Source: an uncultured Pseudomonadota bacterium (GTDB taxonomy: Bacteria > Vulcanimicrobiota > Vulcanimicrobiia > Eremiobacterales > Eremiobacteraceae). Taken from it: a stretch of DNA of 64,000 nt. Location: contig CAVTNB010000001.1 of the NCBI GenBank assembly GCA_963736005.1, positions 480,001 through 544,000 on the forward strand. The letters are read 5' to 3'. The position numbers and the translations under genes were made by a program. The notes below the pieces were generated by a model, which ran no database searches, was not told where the DNA came from, and was given only the letters and a program-made list of their open reading frames with translations. The stretch's first letter is position 1; the number at the start of each line of letters is the position of its first letter. Positions 53,655 to 63,200 of the stretch are shown piece after piece.

Positions 53655-54401
53655 TTAGGATCGGCCAGGCACAATAATCTGTGACGGCAGACCGCCCGCG
53701 GCCTCTTCGTCGAATGCGGTTCCGTCGACACGTAAGAACTCTTCCATGCTCGCAATACGCTCGCGACGGACGAAAGAATGGTGGCGCGCGACGATCCCCG
53801 CTGTGACATCCGCGACGTTGCGCCCACCAAACGTGACTGGCCAACTCGGATAGACGAAGCCCGGACCCATCGGAAGCGCTCTTAGTGCTAAGGGCGACTC
53901 ATCCTCGATCGTGATGTCTGCGCGCTCGAGCGGCAATACGTCCTTGCTCCCACCATCATCCGGCATGATGGGACGGCAACGAGCAAAACCCGCGGACCAT
54001 TGTTCCAAAACGTAGAGGCGCATGCTGATGCTTTGCCACGTACCGAGCAGCGCGAGCCACGCAGGGGTGACGATCGGACCGCGTTCCGCTAAGTATTCTT
54101 CCACGGCGCTACGTCCATATTTCGCCGGCCGATAATCGAAAATCAAATAATCGAGGAGTCGCGATGCACGCGTTCGGTCGAGCGGAGGCCGCCAAAATGG
54201 AAAGCGTTCCGCGGCGATGGCTTCGGGCGTGACTCCAGCGCGTTGCGTCGCGTAGCGGCCTAATTCGCGCAGCAGCGGCAAGCCCTGTGCTCGTAGCTCG
54301 CGGACAAACTCTTCACGTTGCGCCTCTTGACCGAGGCAGCAGCGCTTGTATTTTTTGCCGCTCCCGCATGGGCACGGATCGTTCCGACCAGGTGTTGGCA
54401 T
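53655..54401 (-). CDS. SEC-C motif protein
   Basis: PGRNDPCPCGSGKKYKRCC at the N-terminus. Confidence 0.82.
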   Translation of the reverse strand: MPTPGRNDPCPCGSGKKYKRCCLGQEAQREEFVRELRAQGLPLLRELGRYATQRAGVTPEAIAAERFPFWRPPLDRTRASRLLDYLIFDYRPAKYGRSAVEEYLAERGPIVTPAWLALLGTWQSISMRLYVLEQWSAGFARCRPIMPDDGGSKDVLPLERADITIEDESPLALRALPMGPGFVYPSWPVTFGGRNVADVTAGIVARHHSFVRRERIASMEEFLRVDGTAFDEEAAGGLPSQIIVPGRS

Positions 54402-54466
54402 CGCGAAAGGCTTCCACCCCGTGCCGATGCTTTTCCCTCTCGCGCAATCCGATAACTCAAAAGCGA

Positions 54467-55252
54467 ATGTATCGGAAGCTCGTGCTCCAGTCGGTGGTCT
54501 GTCTGGCCTGCTGCGCGTTTGGTTGCGGGGTTGCTGCGCGCGGCAACTCGCCCGCATCGTGGCAGCTTGCGCTGCGCTTGTATCATGGCGAGCGGATCAC
54601 CGAGCGGATGTCTGAGAATGACAAGACGGATTGGAAGCTTCCCGAACGCCGGCTGGAGCGATTCCGCAAAGCGGGCGTCATTATCAACGAAGAGGAGCAC
54701 ATTACGAGCCTCATCGCGGCAAACGTCGTATCGGTCGTCGACGGGATCGCACTCCTTCGTGGTACCTCAAGCGTCACCTCATTCGATGTCCCCCGCAATC
54801 ATACGCAGACGTCGCAGCAGCCTTTTACGTCTGCAGTCGCTCCAAACAACATGCCTATCGCTCTTGCGCATATCCCTCTTGAGGATGCTGCGATGGCTCA
54901 ATTACCGGGCACGCCGCTGCGACTCGGCGAGCACTGGCAGACCAGGCTCGCGGTGATAACAAACCTTGGCAGCGGTCATGCAGTGTTCGATCACGAGGTG
55001 ATAACGCTCGACAATGGGCTGCTAGAGATTGCAGTCCATGGCGTCGGCGCGATCACCGGGACCGAGTACCATCTCCCGAAGCTGCTTCCCGGCACGATCG
55101 ACCTCGCCGGGAGTGCCTGGTACGACCCAGCAGCCGGTTTGATCGTCCGAGAAAGCTACTTGGTACGCAATCGCATCATCAAGCCTATGGCCGGCGAGGA
55201 TAGCGGCTTTGACGAGCGTTTAACGGTGGACATCACCACGCGAAAGGTCTAA
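54467..55252 (+). CDS. Hypothetical exported beta-rich protein
   Basis: Signal-like N-terminus; DAAMAQLPGTPLRLGEHW motif shared with 57592-58515. Confidence 0.65.
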   Translation: MYRKLVLQSVVCLACCAFGCGVAARGNSPASWQLALRLYHGERITERMSENDKTDWKLPERRLERFRKAGVIINEEEHITSLIAANVVSVVDGIALLRGTSSVTSFDVPRNHTQTSQQPFTSAVAPNNMPIALAHIPLEDAAMAQLPGTPLRLGEHWQTRLAVITNLGSGHAVFDHEVITLDNGLLEIAVHGVGAITGTEYHLPKLLPGTIDLAGSAWYDPAAGLIVRESYLVRNRIIKPMAGEDSGFDERLTVDITTRKV

Positions 55253-55262
55253 GCGCGTTGTA

Positions 55263-55324
55263 TGTAGTTGTCGCGAATGTATTCGCGACGTTGTACTATG
55301 TAGTGTCGCGAATTTATTCGCGAC
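55263..55324 (+). repeat. Tandem pair of REP-like family B palindromes
   Basis: tGTAGttgtcgcgaatgtattcgcgac and tGTAGtgtcgcgaatttattcgcgac, 36 nt apart, between convergent genes. Confidence 0.85.
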
Positions 55325-55344
55325 GTTTTATGGCGACGTCAGCA

Positions 55345-57561
55345 TCAGGGGCCAGGATAGACGAGCGCAAAGTTTCGGAACCAGAGTGACCCTTGCTCTC
55401 GCGCCGTTTTGTTGGGCTCGACCGCATAAAACCTCGTCCAAACTATCGGCCATGCCGCTTGCCTCGGAATAGCGACACGTAAGGTTCGCCAACCTTGCCA
55501 ATCGACGTTACGCGCAATTGTCACGCTCTCGTTGTTGCCATCCGCATTCTTGTAGCCACCTCGAAGCCACTCTCCGTTTTTGTCGCCGTAAACATCAATC
55601 GACAACGCGATTGGCTGTTGCGGCAAGACAAGAGACGTCTGCGCATAGGCGGCACGGGTTAGTTGGGTCGACGAGAAGTCGTAGGCCAAGCGTAACGCGC
55701 TCGAGCCGTCGGGCGCCGTGCTCGCATCGACGCCGCCCGGCAGCCCATCTGGCCGCGAAGCATAATTCCACTGCCCTGCAGCGGATCCGGGCGCGGGCTC
55801 GGCTTGGAAAATCTGCGTGTGATCGCCGGAAAGCACCACGGCCGATGCGCTCGAGCCACCTGCTCGCGCTATCACGACATTGCGCGCGGCACTCCGCCCC
55901 GCAACGAACGTGCCATCCGCGAGCATCCGACCATCTCCGCCGGACAGGTTCCATGATACCATCGAAGGATCGACCTGGATTGGAATTCCATCTTTGGTCG
56001 CCGCTGCGATTGAAAGATGGACCTGGCCACCGGTGGGCGCCGCTTGATCTGCGCCAACGATCTCTAGTTCGTCAACGTTCGAGACGATGAAGGTATCGAG
56101 CTCGGCCGCACTTTGAGGAATAACCGCGTGAACGCGCACTGGACCTGCATGCTGCGCCCAGAGCAGTCCGTTGCGATCGATCGTCGCGGCGGATGCCGGC
56201 TCAACCGAAAATGCGACGCTTCCCGGCGTGAGCACAACCGGCTGGTCGTTGGCGTCAATGGCATTGGCTTCCATCTGAAGCTTACTCTGTTCGAGCACCA
56301 CGGGAATGGGATTGGTCGGATGCAGCACGAGCATGGTCGGCGGCCCGACCGGGGCAGCATTCAGCACGAAGAAGCCGTCAGCGATCGAGCGCTCGCGCCC
56401 ATCTGAAGGAACGTTGGCAACGCTCGTTCGCTGGTCGCCGAGCGGACGGACGACCATCTCGCTTGAGCCGCCGCTGTCAAACGCCATTGCGGTCGACGCT
56501 CCCAGAGCAGCAAACAATGCGGAGAGTTGTGGGCGCGTTAATCCAATGGAGCGCGACGGCGCTCTTCCGTCAACCACAACGAGCCACAACGTGGCGCCGT
56601 CCTTGGAAACACCCGCACCGGTTACGGGATTGCGCACGTCGGTTTCCTCGGGGGCGGGTGGCGCGGGATCGACAACTGGCTGACCATCCCGAAGAAGCAA
56701 CGGGCCGCCCCCGACGGCAAGCTTGATCGCAGCGAGCGAAGGATCGCTTTGCGTAGTAACGGTCACCGAGTCACCGGGGTGAAAATCTCCCACTAACGCT
56801 TCTGCCTTTCCGCCATGGGCAGCAATGCCGATTTGGCCCGCATCCAAACGATCGAGCATTGCGAGATTGCGATCGATTCGCGCAACCGCGTACGTTCCCG
56901 CGGCCGAAGCAGGAGCGAGCACCATTTCGGTTGCTCCAAAGGCTTTACCGGAACCGAATTCCGGCGTAAGCTCGGCGAGATCGACCGATCCTGACCATTC
57001 GTTCACCGAAGAAAGGTCGAGATGGGCGTTCGAGGTCGAGTCAATGCTTGCGTGCCATGCAATCGGACCCATAGAGATCGCGTTGTGCGCGTCGACCATA
57101 AATGTTGCTGCATTGTCTGGCTGGTGCAGGACGCGTCCATCTGCGATGACGACGCCCAAAGGCGTACCTGTGTCGTTGATATCAAAGTAGTCTGCGTTGA
57201 TGCCAAGCTCGGCGCCAAGCCTGTCCGCCAAGCTGGTCAAACGCTCGCCGGGGCCGATGATCCCGTTGCCGTGCGTGCCCACATCGAACGCGACGTATGG
57301 GTTGCGCAGGTCGATCGTCGCCACGCTCAGTTCCAGCGGTCCATCGCTCGTTGCAAGCTTCCAGCGTTCGTACATCACGCCTGGCCCGATGCGTGCGCCT
57401 TCAACCGTGGAGGTTGTGATCGTGGGCCAGTTTGCTGGCTGCGGGAAATTCGAAATTGCGATGAGTGCGGGCGAAGGCGTCTCCACAGCGCAGACTCGGG
57501 CTGGATTCGCAAAGCCGGTGGCGCATAAGGCGGTGACGAGCGCGAGAACGCGGAATGACAC
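55345..57561 (-). CDS. Exported phosphodiester glycosidase (NAGPA-like) with C-terminal beta-sandwich domains
   Basis: GINADYF, AVGGGPLLL.DG, NPVTGAG, VVVDGR, AMAFDSGGSS; signal peptide. Confidence 0.82.
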   Translation of the reverse strand: MSFRVLALVTALCATGFANPARVCAVETPSPALIAISNFPQPANWPTITTSTVEGARIGPGVMYERWKLATSDGPLELSVATIDLRNPYVAFDVGTHGNGIIGPGERLTSLADRLGAELGINADYFDINDTGTPLGVVIADGRVLHQPDNAATFMVDAHNAISMGPIAWHASIDSTSNAHLDLSSVNEWSGSVDLAELTPEFGSGKAFGATEMVLAPASAAGTYAVARIDRNLAMLDRLDAGQIGIAAHGGKAEALVGDFHPGDSVTVTTQSDPSLAAIKLAVGGGPLLLRDGQPVVDPAPPAPEETDVRNPVTGAGVSKDGATLWLVVVDGRAPSRSIGLTRPQLSALFAALGASTAMAFDSGGSSEMVVRPLGDQRTSVANVPSDGRERSIADGFFVLNAAPVGPPTMLVLHPTNPIPVVLEQSKLQMEANAIDANDQPVVLTPGSVAFSVEPASAATIDRNGLLWAQHAGPVRVHAVIPQSAAELDTFIVSNVDELEIVGADQAAPTGGQVHLSIAAATKDGIPIQVDPSMVSWNLSGGDGRMLADGTFVAGRSAARNVVIARAGGSSASAVVLSGDHTQIFQAEPAPGSAAGQWNYASRPDGLPGGVDASTAPDGSSALRLAYDFSSTQLTRAAYAQTSLVLPQQPIALSIDVYGDKNGEWLRGGYKNADGNNESVTIARNVDWQGWRTLRVAIPRQAAWPIVWTRFYAVEPNKTAREQGSLWFRNFALVYPGP

Positions 57562-57591
57562 GCTGCGCGTGATTCGAGAGGAGCCGGCTCT

Positions 57592-58515
57592 TTGCCCTAC
57601 GCCAAGAAGCATTTCTTACCCGCAAGAACGGCGGCAGCAGTCGTCCTTGCGTTTGCTTGCGTGGCTGCAACCGCCGCGACCAGTGCTCCTCCGTTACATC
57701 TCGCGTGGCGCGCGCCGAATGGCAACGCCCAGTGGAGTGGGCTATCAACGGTTGAGACGACGGTGACGTATCAGCTCAACTCCGTGCTCAAAGCCATGGT
57801 CGGTCATCGCGCGGACCCGGTCTATATCATCGAAGACCGAACTCGAACCTATTCGGGCGCCAGCGCTGCGAACGAGGTCGACGTCAATGACGCGTTTGCA
57901 CGCCGGCACGGTGGGCCAAACCCATCGGATACGACCATCAAGCGGCGCACCCGCAAGCAAATCGTTGCCTTCGACGCGAGCGGCAGGTTCTCGATCGAAC
58001 CCTATTTATGCAAGAACGAGCCTCCGCTCAATGACGCGAATGCAGATCCAAAGACGTATACAGCCTGCGCCGCAAACGAAAGCACGGACGACCACGCATA
58101 TCAGGATCCCGGGGACGCCGCGCTCGCAGAACTCCCCGCAGGGCCTGTTGACGTTGGAAAATCGTGGACGTTCACGCGTCCTGTGACGGTAGGGCGCGAG
58201 TTCGCATCTGGCACGCTCACCTATGTAGACACACTGCAAAGTGTTGAAGAGCGAGGTAACGAGCAAATCGCAGTGGTCGACGTAGCGGCGACAGGAAGAG
58301 TCAACCTTGCTTCTGACTTGCAGGCGAAAGGCTTTCACACGGGCACGATGAGTCTGAGCGGCACTGCGGAGTTCAACGTCACGACGGGGACCCCTGAGGT
58401 GCAACACTACAGCGGCCATGCCGAGTGGCACGCGAGTTTGCTGGGTGCTAACTTGGGCCTCATTCTCGATGAAGTCTATGACGCCAAGCCATGGACGATC
58501 GCAGCGAAGCAGTGA
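57592..58515 (+). CDS. Hypothetical exported beta-rich protein, paralog of 54467-55252
   Basis: Signal peptide; DAALAELPAGPVDVGKSW and GTMSLSGTAEFNVTTG. Confidence 0.65.
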   Translation: MPYAKKHFLPARTAAAVVLAFACVAATAATSAPPLHLAWRAPNGNAQWSGLSTVETTVTYQLNSVLKAMVGHRADPVYIIEDRTRTYSGASAANEVDVNDAFARRHGGPNPSDTTIKRRTRKQIVAFDASGRFSIEPYLCKNEPPLNDANADPKTYTACAANESTDDHAYQDPGDAALAELPAGPVDVGKSWTFTRPVTVGREFASGTLTYVDTLQSVEERGNEQIAVVDVAATGRVNLASDLQAKGFHTGTMSLSGTAEFNVTTGTPEVQHYSGHAEWHASLLGANLGLILDEVYDAKPWTIAAKQ

Positions 58516-59339
58516 AGGCAGCCGATTTCGTTCCCGAGCGCGATCCAAACCTTGATGGCGTCATTCTCGAAGCTCTCGAGATTGCCGGGATCAATGTCGG
58601 GGCTTCGGTGTATCTGAGCGATCTGCAATCGAAGCACTACGGGCAGTGGCGCGCCCGCGAAGACGTCTACCCCGCGAGCGTCATCAAGGTGCCGATTATG
58701 GCGGAAGCATTTCGCCGTTTTGCACAAGGATCGCTAAAACCCGATGACCCGATCGTCGTCAGTTCGAAGAACCAAACGACCACGTCCGGGCCGGCGCCAT
58801 TTTCTCCGGGTTACAAGACGACCATCGGTGAGCTCGTCGACTTCATGATCGTACATTCTGATAACGTCGCCACGAATCAACTCATGGATGAACTCGGTAG
58901 GCAAAACGTGACCGAGTACATGCACGCGCTCCGCATGCAGACGTTTCTCTTGGGCCGTAAGCTGTCGGGCTCCGAACCCCTCATCGAAGATCCCGAGATG
59001 TCGGGACGCAATCGCCTACCGGCACTCGAAGTTGGCAGGCTGTTGGAACTCATCGCGTGTGATGCCATCGATGGGGCTGCCGAGCAACGTGCCATCTTAG
59101 CGCGCTGCGCGGACAATGAAAAACTCGTGCCCGGTCTCGCGCCGGATGATGTGTTCATGCATAAAACCGGGGAGACGTCCTCGGTCAGCCACGATGCGGG
59201 CATTCTCACGACGCCCGGGGGCAGGCAGTATGTTGTCGTGCTGTACTGCGAAGTAGAACCGCGGGCCGACAATTCGGATGCGGCCTGGGTCAACCCCGCG
59301 ATGACCGATTGGATGCGTGCCGTGCGCGAACACTTATGA
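58512..59339 (+). CDS. Class A beta-lactamase-like serine hydrolase without signal peptide
   Basis: ASVIK (SxxK), SDN, HKTG, HDAG. Confidence 0.82.
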   Translation: MKAADFVPERDPNLDGVILEALEIAGINVGASVYLSDLQSKHYGQWRAREDVYPASVIKVPIMAEAFRRFAQGSLKPDDPIVVSSKNQTTTSGPAPFSPGYKTTIGELVDFMIVHSDNVATNQLMDELGRQNVTEYMHALRMQTFLLGRKLSGSEPLIEDPEMSGRNRLPALEVGRLLELIACDAIDGAAEQRAILARCADNEKLVPGLAPDDVFMHKTGETSSVSHDAGILTTPGGRQYVVVLYCEVEPRADNSDAAWVNPAMTDWMRAVREHL

Positions 59340-60097
59340 ATGCCTGGGACTTGACGAACCAAGTCGCGCTACTGACCGGAGGGTCTCGCGGCATTGGCGC
59401 CGCGGCCGTGCGAGCGCTGCATGCAGCGGGCGCGAGCGTCTTCTTTACCTACCAGACTCACGAAGCGCAGGCCCGAGCACTGGAACGCGAATTGGGCGAG
59501 CGTGTTGCGTACGCCCGCTGCGACGTCAGCCAACACGATCGCCTTCCGGACCTTGTCGCGCGCTGCGTCGAACGCTTCGGGCGCATCGACATCCTCGTCA
59601 ACAACGCCGCGGTGTTTGAGGAGAATCCATTCGATGGCCATGACTATGCAGCGTGGCAACGCGGTTGGCAGCGCACGTTTGACGTGAACGTGTTCGGCGC
59701 CGCTCACCTCAGCTGGCTCGTCATGGCGCAATTTCGCCGGCAAGGTAGCGGTGGACGGATCATCAATGTCACCTCACGAGCGGGTCACCGAGGCGAACTT
59801 AGCTTTTCTGACTATGGAGCAAGCAAAGCTGCCCTGGTCAATCTCACGAAGTCCATTGCCCGTTCGTGTGCAAAGGACGGGATTGTCGCGATGTCAGTTG
59901 CGCCAGGATTCATTGAAACGGATATGGCCGCGCACGATCTCAAAACGCGCCGAGCGGAAGTTGAGGGCGAAATTCCCCTCGGCCGTGTAGGTACGCCGGA
60001 GGAAGTGGCGCACGTGATCGCCTTTTTGGCGTCGCCGCTTGCCGAGTACGTCAATGGTGCGACGATTGACGTCAACGGCGGCTCCTACGTACGCTGA
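59336..60097 (+). CDS. SDR-family oxidoreductase
   Basis: TGGSRGIG, NNA, YGASK, PGFIETDM. Confidence 0.92.
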   Translation: MNAWDLTNQVALLTGGSRGIGAAAVRALHAAGASVFFTYQTHEAQARALERELGERVAYARCDVSQHDRLPDLVARCVERFGRIDILVNNAAVFEENPFDGHDYAAWQRGWQRTFDVNVFGAAHLSWLVMAQFRRQGSGGRIINVTSRAGHRGELSFSDYGASKAALVNLTKSIARSCAKDGIVAMSVAPGFIETDMAAHDLKTRRAEVEGEIPLGRVGTPEEVAHVIAFLASPLAEYVNGATIDVNGGSYVR

Positions 60098-60108
60098 TCA
60101 GCCAGCCT

Positions 60109-60204
60109 TGTAGCAGCGGACCTCCTGAGTCCGCTCCGCACCTACGAGCGCACCTAAAGGTGCGCTGCTACATCCCTAGACGCGCTCGAAGGTGCGCTGC
60201 TACA
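60109..60204. repeat. Cluster of three REP-like family C palindromes (BIME/REPIN-like)
   Basis: TGTAGCAGCGGAC... on + at 60109; TGTAGCAGCGCACCT... on - ending at 60172 and 60204. Confidence 0.8.
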
Positions 60205-60247
60205 CATCTTATAGGGCAGAATACCGCGCGCGCTGAAAGGCAGACCC

Positions 60248-63200
60248 GTGCAGACACTCGTGCAAGTCGTTCTTCCCGAAATGGGCGAATCGGTTGCGGA
60301 AGGCTCGGTGACAAGCTGGCGTAAGAAACCCGGCGATTTCGTTGCTGCCGGTGAAGCGCTCGTTGACGTAACGACCGACAAAGTCGATGTGGAAGTCCCA
60401 TCGCCCGCCGCCGGCAAGCTCGTAAGAATCTTCGCCGATGAGGGCAAGACCGTCGCCGTCGGGGCACCGCTTGCCGAGATCGACACGGCGGCGAGCGATG
60501 GCAAACGAGGCGCGACCGAACCGCTGACATCCCAATCGCCCGCGTCAGCCGCGACCGAGAAAGGGGCGATTTTCCAATCACCTCAGGGGGCGACTTTACA
60601 GTCGCCCGCTACAAAATCGAATAATCGCAACACCCTTCGTGCGTCGCCGTCCGCCAGAAAGGCGGCAGCCAAACACGGTATTACTCTCGACCGCGTGACG
60701 CCGGCGATTCCTGGAGAAACAATACGCCGTTCTGATGTCGATCGGGTCGCGCAAGGCATCACAACGCCGATCGCAGCGGAGGGAAAGGCTGTGCGACTGC
60801 GCGGCGCGGCTGCTGCCCTCGCCGATCACATGGAGCGCAGCCTCGGCATTCCAACAGCGACCAGCTTTCGCACGATCGCGGTCGGAACGCTTGACTCGCG
60901 TCGCCGCGAGCTTAATGCGGCGCTCCGTGCAGCTGGCCGAAGCGAAAAAATCTCCTTCACACACCTCATTGCTTTTGCAATCGTGCGAGCTACCGCGACC
61001 GTTCCCGTGATGGCTTCCAGCTTCCGAAGAACGGCCGAGGGACCCGAGCGAGTCGAGCGCGGCGTCCATCTGGGGTTGGCGGTGGACGTGAAACGCGCTG
61101 ACGGTTCCCGAATGCTCGTCGTTCCTGTCATGCGAGATGCCGACAAGCTCGACTTTTTGAACTTCCTTCGGGCCTACGAAGCGCTCGTCGAGAAGGCTCG
61201 CGGCGGCTCGCTCGGACCGGCGGATCTCTCGGGAGCAACCCTCACGCTGACCAACCCTGGCGGCATCGGGACCGTTGCATCCGTGCCCCGGCTCATGTTG
61301 GGTCAAGGCGCGATCATCGCCGCCGGAGCAATTGAATATCCCGCCGGCCTCGCATCGTTGCCTGACGCGACGCTGCGCAGTTTGGGCGTCTCAAAAGTCA
61401 TGACCCTGACGAGCACCTACGACCATCGCGTCATTCAGGGTGCAGAATCGGGCGAGTTCCTACGCCGCATCGATCAGCTACTCGCCGGATCGGACGATTT
61501 CTACGAATCCATCTTCTCAACGCTCGCCGTTGCCGCGCCGACCTCATCCCCAAAACCTGAGTCACTCGGGGTTCCGGTCCAAGGCTCAGCCGACCAAGAA
61601 CTTACTCGCGCGGCGGCCGCCGGTGTCGCGCTGATCATGCGCTACCGCACGCACGGGGTCAACGCCGCCCACCTCGACCCGCTCGCGGATACCTCGCCCT
61701 TCGATCCCGCGCTGGAGCCGGCGAGCTTAGGGCTCGATCACGCGCTCATGCTCCGAGTACCGGCCAGCGTGTTGCGAGTCTACGCGCCCGGAGAAAACTT
61801 GGCTGATGTCATCGAGCGGCTGCGCGATACCTATTGCTCGACGATAGCGTATGAAGTCGAGCACATCAGCAACCACGAGCAGCGCTCGTGGCTGCGTCAG
61901 CAAATCGAGTCGGGCGCTCACCGCCTGCGACTCTCGCGCGAACGCAAGCTCGAACTCCTCGATCGGCTCACGCGCGTGGAATCGTTCGAACGCTACCTCC
62001 GCAAGGCGTTCTTGGGCCAGAAAACCTTTTCCATTGAAGGGCTCGACGTGATGGTCCCCATGCTCGAGGAGATGCTCGTCATGCTCGCCGAGGAGGGCAC
62101 GCCAGAAGTGCGCCTCGGTATGGCGCACCGTGGGCGGCTCGCGGTCATCACCCATGTGGTCGACCGACCCTACGAAGAGGTTCTCGAAGAATTCGAACAC
62201 GCCCAAGAACGAGGTCTCGTGCATCGCGAAGGTGACGTGACTGGCGACGTCAAGTACCACCAGGGTGCATCCGGCACGTACGAGACGCCCACTGGCAAGA
62301 AGATGCGTGTCGTCCTTGCCAACAATCCGAGCCACCTCGAAGCGGTCGATAGCGTCGTGGAGGGTCAGACGCGCGCGGTTCAGACTGACCGCACGAATCC
62401 CGTTGCAGTCGTCGACAGCGCGAAAGCCGCGGCCATCCTCATCCACGGCGATGCCGCATTCGACGGTCAAGGGATCGTGGCGGAAGTCTTCAACATGCAG
62501 GCGCTCGAGGGCTACACGACTGGCGGCACGGTGCACGTGATCGCCAACAATCAAATCGGGTTCACCACCCTTCCGCCCCAGGGACGCTCGACACGTTATG
62601 CAAGCGACCCGGCCAAAGGTTTTGACGTCCCCATCATTCACGTCAACGCTGACGATCTCGAGGCGGCAATCGCCGCGGTCCATTTGGCCGTCGAATACCG
62701 GCGCCGCTTCCATCGCGACGCAGTGATCGATCTCATCGGGTATCGCCGCTTCGGACACAACGAGGCAGACGAACCAGCGTACACCCAACCGCTCATGTAC
62801 GAGCGCATTGCATCGCACCCAAGCGCGCGGGAGATCTTCGCGAAGCGGCTGGTCGAGGAAGGAACGCTGAGCGCTGCCGAGATCGACGCCAGCCTCCAGC
62901 GGGCTCGAGCGCGCGTCGAAGCCGCACACGAGGCGGCAAAGGCCCAGGCAGTTGCAGCCGCACGCGACACAAAGCCGAGGCAGACAGAGCACGCCAACGG
63001 TGCCTTGGTTGAGACGCGTGTTCCAGCCGAAACGCTACGCCGACTCAATGCACAGTTGCTCGAGGTCGAGCCTGGATTTACCATCCATCCCAAGCTTGCG
63101 CGGCAGCTCGAGCGACGCTTGGAGGCGCTTGGGCCAGCAGGCGAGATCGATTGGGGACTTGGCGAAGCGTTCGCGTTCGCGAGCCTTCTCACAGAAGGCA

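Noticed and set aside
53655..54401. secA
   Set aside because: Only the short SEC-C zinc motif is present, on a ~250-aa protein with no ATPase domains
55257..55327. Mini CRISPR array
   Set aside because: Only two units with no unique spacer of CRISPR length, no cas genes, and the same motif occurs singly elsewhere as a REP
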